From a virus, in IMG/VR virus record IMGVR_UViG_3300006201_000047: a stretch of DNA of 42,302 nucleotides; one strand, 5' to 3'. The notes under the pieces are model-generated. The model was not told the DNA's origin. It did no database searches and saw only the letters and a list, made by a program, of their open reading frames with translations. Numbering within the stretch: the first letter of the stretch is position 1; every line of letters starts with the position of its first letter. This document shows, in pieces, positions 22,810 to 31,411 of this stretch. The translations under genes and the position numbers were made by a program.

Positions 22810-23604
22810 GTGCCGAACCGGATTATTAAGGAATCTATCTGTCGGAGTGATTCCGTAAATTCCCTTTCCTGGTTCGAAGAAGTTTTGTTTTACAGATTGA
22901 TTGTGGTATGTGATGATTATGGCCGGTTTGATGGAAGGCCTGCAGTAATAAGAGGCTCATGCTTCCCGTTAAAAGATGTTAGGCTGGAACAGATTGAGAA
23001 TGCTCTTAGTAAGTTGTCCACGGTTGGGATGGTCTGGAGATATGAAGTCGAGGATAGACCCTTCCTTCAATTGATAGCTTGGGAGCGGCACCAGCAAAGA
23101 CGTGCAAAAAACAGTAAATATCCAGCACCAGAAACCGAATGCAATCACATGATATCACATGATATCAAATGTCCCCGAGGAATCGAGGAATCGAGGAATC
23201 GAGGAATCGAGGAATCGAGAAACGAATGCGTGCGCGCGCGCGAGGCGGGAGAAGTGCGCCGTTTTGAGGAGTTTTTATCTGCATACCCAAAAGACTGCAA
23301 TCGTTTTTTGGCAGAACGAGAGTATGTTTCTTTGTTGTTGACTGGAAAAATAACAGAGGATGAGCTGGTTTTCTGTGCGGTAAATTATGCTGATTCTTGC
23401 AAGATTCTTGAAACACCAAAGAAATATATCAAAAACGCTGAGAATTTCTTGAGGGAATTTGTGTTTGAGGGATATCTTCCGGGAAATTACGAGAAGCCAG
23501 AAAAGAAAAAAACGAAAAATAAATTCACTGATTTTCACCAAAGGGCATATGACTTTGATAAGCTGGAAAGCCAGATTTTAAACAATAATCTGGGAGGTGG
23601 TTAA
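22810..23604 (+). CDS. Replisome organiser / DnaD-like replication initiation protein (alternative GTG start at 22801)
   Basis: N-terminus SLSWFEEVLFYRLIVVCDDYGRFDGRPAVIRGSCFP resembles the Phage_rep_org_N domain. It carries internal iterons. Confidence 0.7.
   Translation: MPNRIIKESICRSDSVNSLSWFEEVLFYRLIVVCDDYGRFDGRPAVIRGSCFPLKDVRLEQIENALSKLSTVGMVWRYEVEDRPFLQLIAWERHQQRRAKNSKYPAPETECNHMISHDIKCPRGIEESRNRGIEESRNECVRAREAGEVRRFEEFLSAYPKDCNRFLAEREYVSLLLTGKITEDELVFCAVNYADSCKILETPKKYIKNAENFLREFVFEGYLPGNYEKPEKKKTKNKFTDFHQRAYDFDKLESQILNNNLGGG
23177..23216 (+). repeat. Five tandem copies of the 8-mer GAGGAATC (candidate ori iterons) inside the organiser gene
   Basis: Direct reading. It encodes GIEESRNRGIEESRN and is followed by an alternating GCGTGCGCGCGCGCG tract (23228-23242). 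Confidence 0.85.
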
Positions 23605-24054
23605 ATGCGCAAAAGGTGCCGCAACTGCCTATGCTGGACATGTCTGTATTCCTGCATGTGCAGAAAATGCAGAGGAAGGATAAAGGAGTGCAATCAGTAC
23701 AGCGGATGTTGCCAGCTTAGTATTTTTGAGACGAAACCGCAGATGCAGACGGTCACACCTAGATACTCTTGGCAGTATTATGGAATCACCAAAGAGCGTT
23801 ATAGGCAGCTTACAGAGTACATACAGTCCGGAAGATATGACTCTCTCGCTTTGCAGGCGGCCCATGAAGCCAACGAAATGATTGCAGAATACATTCTTCT
23901 TTCTGTGACACAAAATAAGTCCTATGACGCTCTCAGGATGAAATGGGAATTGAAAGAAATGGAGCGGATTCCATACTGCCGGACTGATTTCTATGGGATT
24001 AGGAGATATTTCTTTAGTATATTTAACGAGAAAATGAAGGAGATAGGAAAATGA
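23605..24054 (+). CDS. Candidate late-gene activator (RinA/ArpU-like C-terminus) with a Cys-rich N-terminus (149 aa)
   Basis: Located just upstream of the first late promoter copy and the terminase block. The C-terminal IPYCRTDFYGIRRYFFSIF resembles the sxrTfYRiKrkal ending of that family, from memory. Confidence 0.4.
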   Translation: MRKRCRNCLCWTCLYSCMCRKCRGRIKECNQYSGCCQLSIFETKPQMQTVTPRYSWQYYGITKERYRQLTEYIQSGRYDSLALQAAHEANEMIAEYILLSVTQNKSYDALRMKWELKEMERIPYCRTDFYGIRRYFFSIFNEKMKEIGK

Positions 24055-24263
24055 TGATTAGCGGAATACAGATGGGAAACGTTGTATGGAAATATCTTGT
24101 GGATAACGATATAGATGCGACAAAATTTTATAAAAATGCATACAATTTTTTACAAAACCATGTAGAAAAGATAAAAAAGGGAGAGGGACATGGAACAAGG
24201 TATTGTTACCGAGAAGAGAATATTATAACAATATTGGAAGAGTGGAAAAAACAACAATTTTAA
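24051..24263 (+). CDS. Hypothetical protein (70 aa)
   Basis: Overlapping start (ATGA). No motif recognised. Confidence 0.55.
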   Translation: MMISGIQMGNVVWKYLVDNDIDATKFYKNAYNFLQNHVEKIKKGEGHGTRYCYREENIITILEEWKKQQF

Positions 24264-24264
24264 A

Positions 24265-24298
24265 TTGGTACAACTCCCCCTAAAATCTCCTGTACAAT
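24265..24298 (+). promoter_or_regulatory. Copy of the phage-specific promoter motif (TTGGTACAAC-N17-gTACAAT), head of the packaging/late operon
   Basis: Matches the other five copies in sequence and spacing. Confidence 0.6.
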
Positions 24299-24341
24299 AG
24301 AATTAGGGGATTTAGGGGGATTGTGGAAAGGTGGGAAAAAT

Positions 24342-24587
24342 ATGAAATGGATAAAAGAAAGAGAGCCTTGGAGGGCTGAGCTTATTCATGACTGTGAATT
24401 AGAATGCGATGGGAAATTTCTGGTATCTGCAAGTAAAGAGAAGCCTGTTCTTGGTACAGTAACCCATTATGGCTATAAAAAGATTGGGAGAAATAATGTT
24501 CATATGTGCAGTTTTTCTCCCGATATTGCTCCAGATAAGCGTTGGGCATTCAGCCACAGGTGGTTGAAAAGAATCAAAAACCAGTAA
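24342..24587 (+). CDS. Hypothetical protein (81 aa)
   Basis: Preceded by the conserved leader GGGATTGTGGAAAGGTGGGA. Confidence 0.6.
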   Translation: MKWIKEREPWRAELIHDCELECDGKFLVSASKEKPVLGTVTHYGYKKIGRNNVHMCSFSPDIAPDKRWAFSHRWLKRIKNQ

Positions 24588-24612
24588 AGGGATTGTGGAA
24601 AGGTAGGAGAAT

Positions 24613-25011
24613 ATGGAGAGATTAACAAGAAGACATGCGGACGGGGAGTTATTTCGTCCAGTTTATGTCATTGATGGAAGAAAAGGATATGTGAACGAAA
24701 CGGATATAATTGATAAACTAGCAGAATATGAGGACTTAGAAGAACAAAACAGACTGCTGAAACTGCCTTGTGCGGTGGGGGATACGGTGTACCACTTATG
24801 CACACTTAAAAGCGGTGAAACAGAAATGATTGAAATGAAAGTTGGATGTGTTGAACCTTATGGCGCAATCAGAAATCACAAGGGAGTATGCGAAATCTGG
24901 AACGTATATGCAGAAACGGATTGCACAAAAGCATATTTCAGGTTCTCTGATTTTAACAAAACCGTTTTCCTCACCAGAGAAGAAGCCGAAGCCGCATTGA
25001 AAGAATTATGA
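24613..25011 (+). CDS. Hypothetical protein (132 aa)
   Basis: Preceded by a near-identical leader, GGGATTGTGGAAAGGTAGGA. Confidence 0.65.
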   Translation: MERLTRRHADGELFRPVYVIDGRKGYVNETDIIDKLAEYEDLEEQNRLLKLPCAVGDTVYHLCTLKSGETEMIEMKVGCVEPYGAIRNHKGVCEIWNVYAETDCTKAYFRFSDFNKTVFLTREEAEAALKEL

Positions 25012-25043
25012 ATATCGGATATGTCGGGAAAGGATAGGAAAAT

Positions 25044-25178
25044 ATGTTTATACCATATAGATGTGAAGATTGTATTTACGGAATATATAACCATGAAGAT
25101 AGCTGTTATGAAAATGGTTGTTCCGCATCAGATGATGATGAATGTGAAGAATTATTTCAGGAAGATGATAGGAAATGA
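25044..25178 (+). CDS. Small acidic Cys-rich ORF (44 aa)
   Basis: Hand translation: MFIPYRCEDCIYGIYNHEDSCYENGCSASDDDECEELFQEDDRK. Its stop overlaps the next ATG. Confidence 0.45.
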   Translation: MFIPYRCEDCIYGIYNHEDSCYENGCSASDDDECEELFQEDDRK

Positions 25179-25438
25179 ACATCCGAGCAACCATAAACAA
25201 ACTCCAAAAAGCGCTGATACAGCGTGGCTATATCTATAAAATCAACACATACCAGTTCTACAGCGAACAGCAGAACCGCATGATTACCGGCTACCGCATT
25301 ACGCAGAAACAGCCGTACCGTAAGAAAAACGGGGAAATGTCTAAGAAAGATGTGGAGCTGCTGAATAGCTGTTCTCAGGTGGAAGTGTTGAAGTGGTTTG
25401 CGGAGAAGTGGAAAGAGGTAAAAGAAAGTAGTGGTTAA
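25175..25438 (+). CDS. Hypothetical protein (87 aa)
   Basis: Directly abuts the terminase ATG. No motif recognised. Confidence 0.6.
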   Translation: MNIRATINKLQKALIQRGYIYKINTYQFYSEQQNRMITGYRITQKQPYRKKNGEMSKKDVELLNSCSQVEVLKWFAEKWKEVKESSG

Positions 25439-27064
25439 ATGGAAAAACTAACGCCAAAGCAAAAGGCATTTGCAGACAATTATATAAAAAATGGTGGAAA
25501 TGCCGAAAAAGCGGCGTTAGACGCAGGGTATTCAAAAAATTACGCAAAAGCACAATCATATAAAATGTTGGACAATGTCGGAATTTCCACCTATATAGCG
25601 GAAAAACAGAAAGAAATCGAAAAACAGAACGGTTACGACATTATGACCTTGACCGAGATTCAGGAGCGGCGTTCAAGAATCGGTAAAGGATTGGAAGTGG
25701 ATTCTTTCGGATTCGCCGCCGACTTTTCCAGTCAGTTAAAGGCAATGAGCGACCTTGAAAAGATTTTGCTTATTAAACAGGAGCAGGAAGAAAAGCAGAG
25801 AGCGGCAGAAGAAGCGTTGCGAAATAAGACTTATCACATGGACTTGGACAATATCCCGGACGCTTTTCACGCCGCTATCCGTGCGATAAGGAACCGTGTG
25901 TATCTGGAATACATATTCAAGGGCGGGCGTGGTTCTACGAAGTCCTCCACTGTCGGAATGGTGATTGTGGAGCTCCTCAAAAATCACCATGACATACACG
26001 CTCTTGTCTGCCGTAAGGTTGCGAACACTATCAAGGATTCTGTCTATAACAAGATTAAGTGGGCGATAGGAAAGCAGGAATTTGACGAGGAATTTACTTC
26101 CACAAAATCACCATATGAAATCACGCTGAAAGCCACGGGGCAGAAGATATATTTCAGAGGTGCAGACGACCCGGACAAGATTAAATCTATCAACCCGGAG
26201 TTTGGCTATATCGGTATCCTGTGGTACGAGGAATTAGACCAGTTCGCCGGAGATTCCGAAGTACGAAAAATAGAACAGTCTGCTATCCGTGGCGGCGAGT
26301 TGGCGTGGATATTCAAATCATTTAACCCGCCAAAGACCGCCAACAACTGGGCGAATGAGTATGTGCAGGAGGTTGGAGAAAATACTCTTGTCCACAGCTC
26401 CACATACAAAGACGTGCCTAAAGAGTGGCTAGGGCAACCATTTATTGATAAGGCGGAGCATTTGAAAGAAATCAATCCAGAAGCCTACGAGCATGAGTAC
26501 GGCGGCGTGGCGAATGGTAACGGCGGTATGGTGTTTGAATATCTTGAATTTCGGACGATTACGGACGAAGAAATCAGCCACATGGACAAAATTTTTCAGG
26601 GGGCTGACTGGGGATATTTCCCTGACCCTTACGCATTTATCAGAGCTTATTACAATGCTTCAAAGGAAACAATCTATCTGATTGATGAAAACTATGTCAA
26701 TAAGCAGCAGAACGCAGTAACGGCGCAATGGATAAAGGATAAAGGCTATACAGATTATGCTGTCACTTGCGACAGTGCAGAACCTAAATCCGTGGTGGAT
26801 TATCGGGACATGGGGATATCTGCAAGGGGAGCAATAAAAGGTCCCGGTTCCGTTGAATATGGTATGAAGTGGTTGCAGAGTAGACATATTGTTATTGATA
26901 TGAAAAGGACGCCGAACGCCGGAAAAGAGTTAAAAGAATATGAGTATGAAAGGGATAAGGACGGAGAAGTTATTTCCGGCTATCCTGACGCAAATAATCA
27001 CGCAATAGACGCTTTGCGGTATGCGTTTGAGCAATTCTATAACAGGAGAGGAAATCACGCATAA
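25439..27064 (+). CDS. Terminase: small-subunit (Terminase_2-like) N-terminal domain fused to a PBSX-type large subunit (541 aa)
   Basis: The N-terminus KLTPKQKAFADNYIKNGGNAEKAALDAGYSKNYAKAQSYKML is the TerS HTH signature. Walker A KGGRGSTKS begins the TerL ATPase, and the C-terminal part is nuclease-like. Confidence 0.85.
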   Translation: MEKLTPKQKAFADNYIKNGGNAEKAALDAGYSKNYAKAQSYKMLDNVGISTYIAEKQKEIEKQNGYDIMTLTEIQERRSRIGKGLEVDSFGFAADFSSQLKAMSDLEKILLIKQEQEEKQRAAEEALRNKTYHMDLDNIPDAFHAAIRAIRNRVYLEYIFKGGRGSTKSSTVGMVIVELLKNHHDIHALVCRKVANTIKDSVYNKIKWAIGKQEFDEEFTSTKSPYEITLKATGQKIYFRGADDPDKIKSINPEFGYIGILWYEELDQFAGDSEVRKIEQSAIRGGELAWIFKSFNPPKTANNWANEYVQEVGENTLVHSSTYKDVPKEWLGQPFIDKAEHLKEINPEAYEHEYGGVANGNGGMVFEYLEFRTITDEEISHMDKIFQGADWGYFPDPYAFIRAYYNASKETIYLIDENYVNKQQNAVTAQWIKDKGYTDYAVTCDSAEPKSVVDYRDMGISARGAIKGPGSVEYGMKWLQSRHIVIDMKRTPNAGKELKEYEYERDKDGEVISGYPDANNHAIDALRYAFEQFYNRRGNHA

Positions 27065-28512
27065 TGGGAATAATACAATCAATAAAAAGGTGGTGGGACA
27101 GTTTGTGGCAGAAAGAAGCGCAGGACAAATTCGGGGTTGAAACAATCGAAAGCGACGTGATGAAAGCGGCTCTTAATGATTGGGTGAATATCTACCAGGG
27201 AAAGCCGGACTGGACACTGCCGGACGACAGAGGGAACATTGACATAGAATCCTTTAACTTTGCAAAGAAGCTGTGCAACGAAACCGCAAGGCTTACCACG
27301 CTTGCACTGGGTATCACTGTAGAGGGTTCTGCAAGGGCAGAATGGATAAATAGCTTCATGGAAAGTTATATTGCACGGATGAAGAATGAAGAATGCGAGA
27401 AGGCCTGTGCTTTTGGGTATATCATCTTAAAACCTAACGGTGAGGGCATAGATTATGTCATGCCGTGGGATTTCTGCCCGACGCACGCCACGGACGGGAA
27501 GGTTGACGGAGGTATATTTTTCGACCATTACCATGAGCCAGGAGATAAATGGTATTATACAAGGCTTGAATGGCAGAGGTTCGAGGACGTATCAGAAGAT
27601 TTTCGGATATTCCGAATAACTAACAAAACGTACAAGGCGACCGGGGCGACCGGCATAGGGCAGGAGTGCAGCATAAAAGAAACCGTGTGGGTGAATTTAC
27701 AGGAGGACGTAGCATACCAGAATATTGAGCAGCCGCTTTTCTCCATCTTCAAAATTCCGTTAGCCAATAACATTGATATGAGTAGTCCTCTTGGCGTGTC
27801 TATCTTCTCCAATGCACAGAAGGAATTAAAGAGCCTGGATATTGCTTGGACGCGCTTAGAAGATGAAATATTTGACAGCCAGAAGATTACATTCCTAGGT
27901 GACATGCTGATAGATGAACCTGGCCGACCAGTAAGAAGCCGGTTCTCTCCCGGCGGTGCGGTGGACAAGACTGGGAAACCATTGCCCCGTCATGTGCGTA
28001 TCTTGCCTGGTAGCACTACGGGAGATGAATACCACGAAGTAAATCCGGCATTGCAGACAGCGGACAGATTGAGCGGAATAGACCACTTTTTAAATCTTGT
28101 CGGTGTGAAGTGTGGATACAGTACAGGGCAGTTTGTGTTAAACGGTAGGACGGGGCACGTTACCGCAACACAGGTGGAAGCAGACGACCGGGAGACCATA
28201 CAGTACATAAAGCAGATACGGGACAGCTTCCAGTCGGCTACGGACGGACTTATCTATGCGCTGGATAAATACGCTGATATATACAGCCTTGCGCCGGTTG
28301 GGGTGTACGAGGTAAATTATGACTTTGGGGATATCACGTACAACTGGGAGGAGGATAGGTCAAGGCACTGGGGATACGTTATGCAAGGGAAATATCCTCT
28401 CTGGCTTTACTACACAAAATTTGAGGGCATGAGTGAAGAGGAGGCTAAACTACTTGTGGCAGAAGCCAAAAGTGAGAATGAGCCGCAGGAAGGATTGTTT
28501 GGAGAGGAATAG
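27064..28512 (+). CDS. Portal protein (SPP1 gp6-like, 482 aa)
   Basis: Immediately follows the terminase gene with an ATG overlapping its stop. Size and the acidic C-terminus are typical. Confidence 0.8.
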   Translation: MGIIQSIKRWWDSLWQKEAQDKFGVETIESDVMKAALNDWVNIYQGKPDWTLPDDRGNIDIESFNFAKKLCNETARLTTLALGITVEGSARAEWINSFMESYIARMKNEECEKACAFGYIILKPNGEGIDYVMPWDFCPTHATDGKVDGGIFFDHYHEPGDKWYYTRLEWQRFEDVSEDFRIFRITNKTYKATGATGIGQECSIKETVWVNLQEDVAYQNIEQPLFSIFKIPLANNIDMSSPLGVSIFSNAQKELKSLDIAWTRLEDEIFDSQKITFLGDMLIDEPGRPVRSRFSPGGAVDKTGKPLPRHVRILPGSTTGDEYHEVNPALQTADRLSGIDHFLNLVGVKCGYSTGQFVLNGRTGHVTATQVEADDRETIQYIKQIRDSFQSATDGLIYALDKYADIYSLAPVGVYEVNYDFGDITYNWEEDRSRHWGYVMQGKYPLWLYYTKFEGMSEEEAKLLVAEAKSENEPQEGLFGEE

Positions 28513-28515
28513 GGA

Positions 28516-28725
28516 ATGTATGAATGGAAAGTAACTATTATTTTGAAAAGCGGCAATATACTTAAAGGAATATATAAAACAGATAAGTATAACAGCGAAC
28601 AGGTAGCAAAAGAAATGTTCCAAAATGTCAATTCTAATTCTGTTACAGGCTTTTCATCAGAAGATGGAAAGGAAAAAATATTCTTTTTATTGTCAGAAGT
28701 AGCAGCTTTTACAATCGGAGTGTGA
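28516..28725 (+). CDS. Hypothetical protein (69 aa)
   Basis: Compact ORF after the portal gene. Confidence 0.55.
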   Translation: MYEWKVTIILKSGNILKGIYKTDKYNSEQVAKEMFQNVNSNSVTGFSSEDGKEKIFFLLSEVAAFTIGV

Positions 28726-28729
28726 TTTT

Positions 28730-29161
28730 ATGAAAATCAGACAGCACATAGGGAATGTCGATATAAATATTGACACTAAGCGGATAGACCGAAATTTTAA
28801 AGAAGCCCAAAAATTGCTGAATATGCAAGTGGTGGCCGACTGCGACCCTCTGATACCATTCCAGCAGGGAACGCTCCGTAACAGCGTGAATTATCCGCAG
28901 GGGATATATGGCGGCGAGATTGAGTATAACACACCTTATGCACATTATCAGTATAAAGGTGAGGTATATGGTCCAAATATCCCTATAAAGGACGCAGAGG
29001 GCAATATAACCAGCTGGTACTCTCCACCAAAGAAGAACCCGACAGGGCGACCTCTTACATACCACACATCAGGGACGGGAGACCATTGGTTTGAAAAAGC
29101 GAAAGCGCAGCACGGTGATGATTGGGTAAGGTTGGTAAAAAGAACCGCAGGAAAGGAATGA
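28730..29161 (+). CDS. Minor capsid-type structural protein (143 aa)
   Basis: LIPFQQGTLRNSV...YNTPYAHYQYKG resembles the tG.Lr.S pattern of HK97 gp10-like / minor capsid families, from memory. Confidence 0.45.
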   Translation: MKIRQHIGNVDINIDTKRIDRNFKEAQKLLNMQVVADCDPLIPFQQGTLRNSVNYPQGIYGGEIEYNTPYAHYQYKGEVYGPNIPIKDAEGNITSWYSPPKKNPTGRPLTYHTSGTGDHWFEKAKAQHGDDWVRLVKRTAGKE

Positions 29162-29165
29162 TATT

Positions 29166-29345
29166 ATGATTAAGTATTTTGAATATGGAGTACATAGAAA
29201 TTCTGATGATACTCTGGAAATTGAAGCGTACTTGATTGATGATGTTATCAATAATTATGCAGAGGAAAACGGATTAGAAGTTGTTTCAGCAACTTGCTAT
29301 AAGGAAGAGGGAATATTTGTTGTATTTAAGAAGATGAATGGATAG
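29166..29345 (+). CDS. Small ORF (59 aa; below the track cutoff)
   Basis: Hand translation: MIKYFEYGVHRNSDDTLEIEAYLIDDVINNYAEENGLEVVSATCYKEEGIFVVFKKMNG. Confidence 0.45.
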   Translation: MIKYFEYGVHRNSDDTLEIEAYLIDDVINNYAEENGLEVVSATCYKEEGIFVVFKKMNG

Positions 29346-29381
29346 ATTTAGTCAAGAGGACAGCAGGAAAGGAGTAGTGGA

Positions 29382-29612
29382 ATGAAAAATTTTAGAGGAT
29401 GGCAACCAATATCAGAGTATAGCAGAGAAAAATATGATTGGGTGCTTATTAAGTATTTTGACGGGGAGGAAGAATGTCTGCCACAAGTTGCAGAGTTAAG
29501 GTCTGACGGAAAGTGGCATATAAGCACAGACTTTGACGGAGATTTTGTTATACCGTCACAGTTTGATGTTAGATACTTTTTCGATATGCAACAGCTTGAC
29601 AGGATGGATTGA
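29382..29612 (+). CDS. DUF551-like small protein (76 aa)
   Basis: WQPISEY...WVLIKYFDGEE...DGKWHI resembles the DUF551 pattern. Confidence 0.45.
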   Translation: MKNFRGWQPISEYSREKYDWVLIKYFDGEEECLPQVAELRSDGKWHISTDFDGDFVIPSQFDVRYFFDMQQLDRMD

Positions 29613-29615
29613 GCT

Positions 29616-30884
29616 ATGTTGCCGCCGGAATACTTCGACCACAAAGAGGATAGATTGCTTGAACTCTACCGACAACTCGAAAACTTTATCCTCAAAGACA
29701 TCACCCGACGCCTACTCTCCGCTGGGGAAATGACCGCAACCGCCGACCGCCTTATCTGGAAATTGCAGCAGATGGGCGAGAGCCAGGCGGCGATTGAGCA
29801 GAAATTGCAGAAGTTGACGGGTCTGACACGAAAAGAACTTCGCTTCCTCCTGCAAGATGCCGTTCTGACTTCGTGGGAGGACGATAGAGCAACTTTAGGA
29901 CAGTTAGGCATAGAATTATCGAACCCACTTGAAAATGCCGCTGTAATCCGTATTATGGACGCTGAATATAAAAAGAGCTTAAGTGAATTAACGAACCTCA
30001 CACGAACGACCATGAATCAGTCGCAGATTGACCTTATAAATATGCTTGATGAAGCTGATTTGAAGGTTTCTTCTGGTGCACAAAGCTATTCAGAGGCGGT
30101 ATGTGATATTCTGGATAGGTATGCTGTCCGAGGGATATATGTGGATTATCCGAGTGGTGCACGCCGGACACTGGAAGCGGCGGTTAGATTGTGCGTTGTC
30201 ACATCAATGAACCAGACAGCAGCACAGGTCACGAATCAGTACATAGTTGAGGGCGGAATTGAGTATGTCCTTGTATCGGCGCATCTGGGGGCGAGAGTGG
30301 CGCAGAAAGGACAGCCAGCTCTTGCTTCTCATGCAGACTGGCAAGGCAAGGTGTATAAAATCCGAGGGACCACATCAGAATACCCGAATTTACTGGAACG
30401 GACAGGCTATGATGTGGACCCGAACACCGGGCAAGGGACCGTTAAAAATCCGCTTGGATTACACGGATACAACTGCCGGCACTCACACAAGCCTTGGGAT
30501 AAGCTCCTACGCAATCCCTATGTGGACGAAAAAGGCAATCTGAAAATAGACAGCGAGGAAAACAAAAAGCGGTATGAACTCCAACAGAAACAGCGTGCAA
30601 TGGAGCGGAGTCTGCGGGCATGGAAACGAAAGCTGATTGTGAAAGAGCAGGAAATATCCGGCGTGGCAGAAACGGACGTTAAGGAGATATTGCAGAGGGA
30701 TTATGACCGCATGGCGTACCAGCTCACACAGAAAAACAAGGCGTACAACGATTTCTGCAAACAGAACGACTTGCAGCCGCAGTATGACCGCATAAAGGTA
30801 GCTGATTTCGGCAGGGAGCAGACAAAGCGGAGTAATGCTGGGGCAAGGAGATATAAGAAAGAAAAGGAGAAGGAAGAATCATGA
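29616..30884 (+). CDS. Head morphogenesis / minor capsid protein (SPP1 gp7, Phage_Mu_F / minor-capsid-2 type, 422 aa)
   Basis: The MLPPEYFDHKEDRLLELYRQLENFILKDITRRL N-terminus and the GYNCRHSHKPW motif are typical of this family. It sits in the portal-proximal position. Confidence 0.75.
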   Translation: MLPPEYFDHKEDRLLELYRQLENFILKDITRRLLSAGEMTATADRLIWKLQQMGESQAAIEQKLQKLTGLTRKELRFLLQDAVLTSWEDDRATLGQLGIELSNPLENAAVIRIMDAEYKKSLSELTNLTRTTMNQSQIDLINMLDEADLKVSSGAQSYSEAVCDILDRYAVRGIYVDYPSGARRTLEAAVRLCVVTSMNQTAAQVTNQYIVEGGIEYVLVSAHLGARVAQKGQPALASHADWQGKVYKIRGTTSEYPNLLERTGYDVDPNTGQGTVKNPLGLHGYNCRHSHKPWDKLLRNPYVDEKGNLKIDSEENKKRYELQQKQRAMERSLRAWKRKLIVKEQEISGVAETDVKEILQRDYDRMAYQLTQKNKAYNDFCKQNDLQPQYDRIKVADFGREQTKRSNAGARRYKKEKEKEES

Positions 30885-31039
30885 TGGACGTTAAAGACGC
30901 ACATAAGGTAACTGATAATTTGTGGAAAAGACCATTTATATGCCACGAGAATTACATTGAGCTGGACAATGGATATGTGATTGCGAAGAAAGAGTATTTT
31001 AATGAGTTACAGAGAAAGGCAGAGAAAACCTCTGAATAA
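30881..31039 (+). CDS. Small ORF (52 aa)
   Basis: Hand translation: MMDVKDAHKVTDNLWKRPFICHENYIELDNGYVIAKKEYFNELQRKAEKTSE. Its ATG overlaps the upstream TGA. Confidence 0.45.
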   Translation: MMDVKDAHKVTDNLWKRPFICHENYIELDNGYVIAKKEYFNELQRKAEKTSE

Positions 31040-31073
31040 TTGGTACAACCCCCGCACGAATCTGTTGTAAAAT
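31040..31073 (+). promoter_or_regulatory. Copy of the phage-specific promoter motif (TTGGTACAAC-N17-gTAAAAT), head of the cargo island
   Basis: Matches the other copies. It is followed by the leader ATTGTGGTAGGAGGTAGGGA. Confidence 0.6.
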
Positions 31074-31093
31074 TGTGGTAGGAGGTAGGGAAG

Positions 31094-31411
31094 ATGAGTA
31101 TAATAAGCGAACAGGTAAGAGAACTGCGTTATAAAGCTGATATTTACAACGCTGTCGGGAGCGCATGGGAATTAAACCGTGCGGAGGCAAAGATATTACA
31201 GAGATTGCTTAGAAAAGCCGCTGACACCATAGAGGCATTATCCAAAAAGTTGGCGACAAACGGCGGCTGGATTCCATGCAGTGAGCCGCCAAAGCATGAC
31301 AAAGAAGTTTTGATATTCAACGGGAAATCATACTCTGTGGGATATTATGATGGGAAAACATGGGTAAATGCAATACACCCCGTGGAATGGCAGGAGATAC
31401 AGCATGAATAA
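31094..31411 (+). CDS. Coiled-coil plus DUF551-like protein (105 aa)
   Basis: The C-terminus reads NGGWIPCSEPPKHDKEVLIFNGK...DGKTW. Confidence 0.5.
   Translation: MSIISEQVRELRYKADIYNAVGSAWELNRAEAKILQRLLRKAADTIEALSKKLATNGGWIPCSEPPKHDKEVLIFNGKSYSVGYYDGKTWVNAIHPVEWQEIQHE

Noticed and set aside
23177-23216. Possible CRISPR-like or minisatellite array
   Set aside because: The unit is only 8 nt with no spacers and lies inside a coding region. It is better explained as iterons.
25021-25239. 72-aa ORF from the six-frame track
   Set aside because: It has no RBS and an odd composition. The alternative frame, 25044-25178, has an RBS and is stop-start coupled (ATGA) to the next gene.
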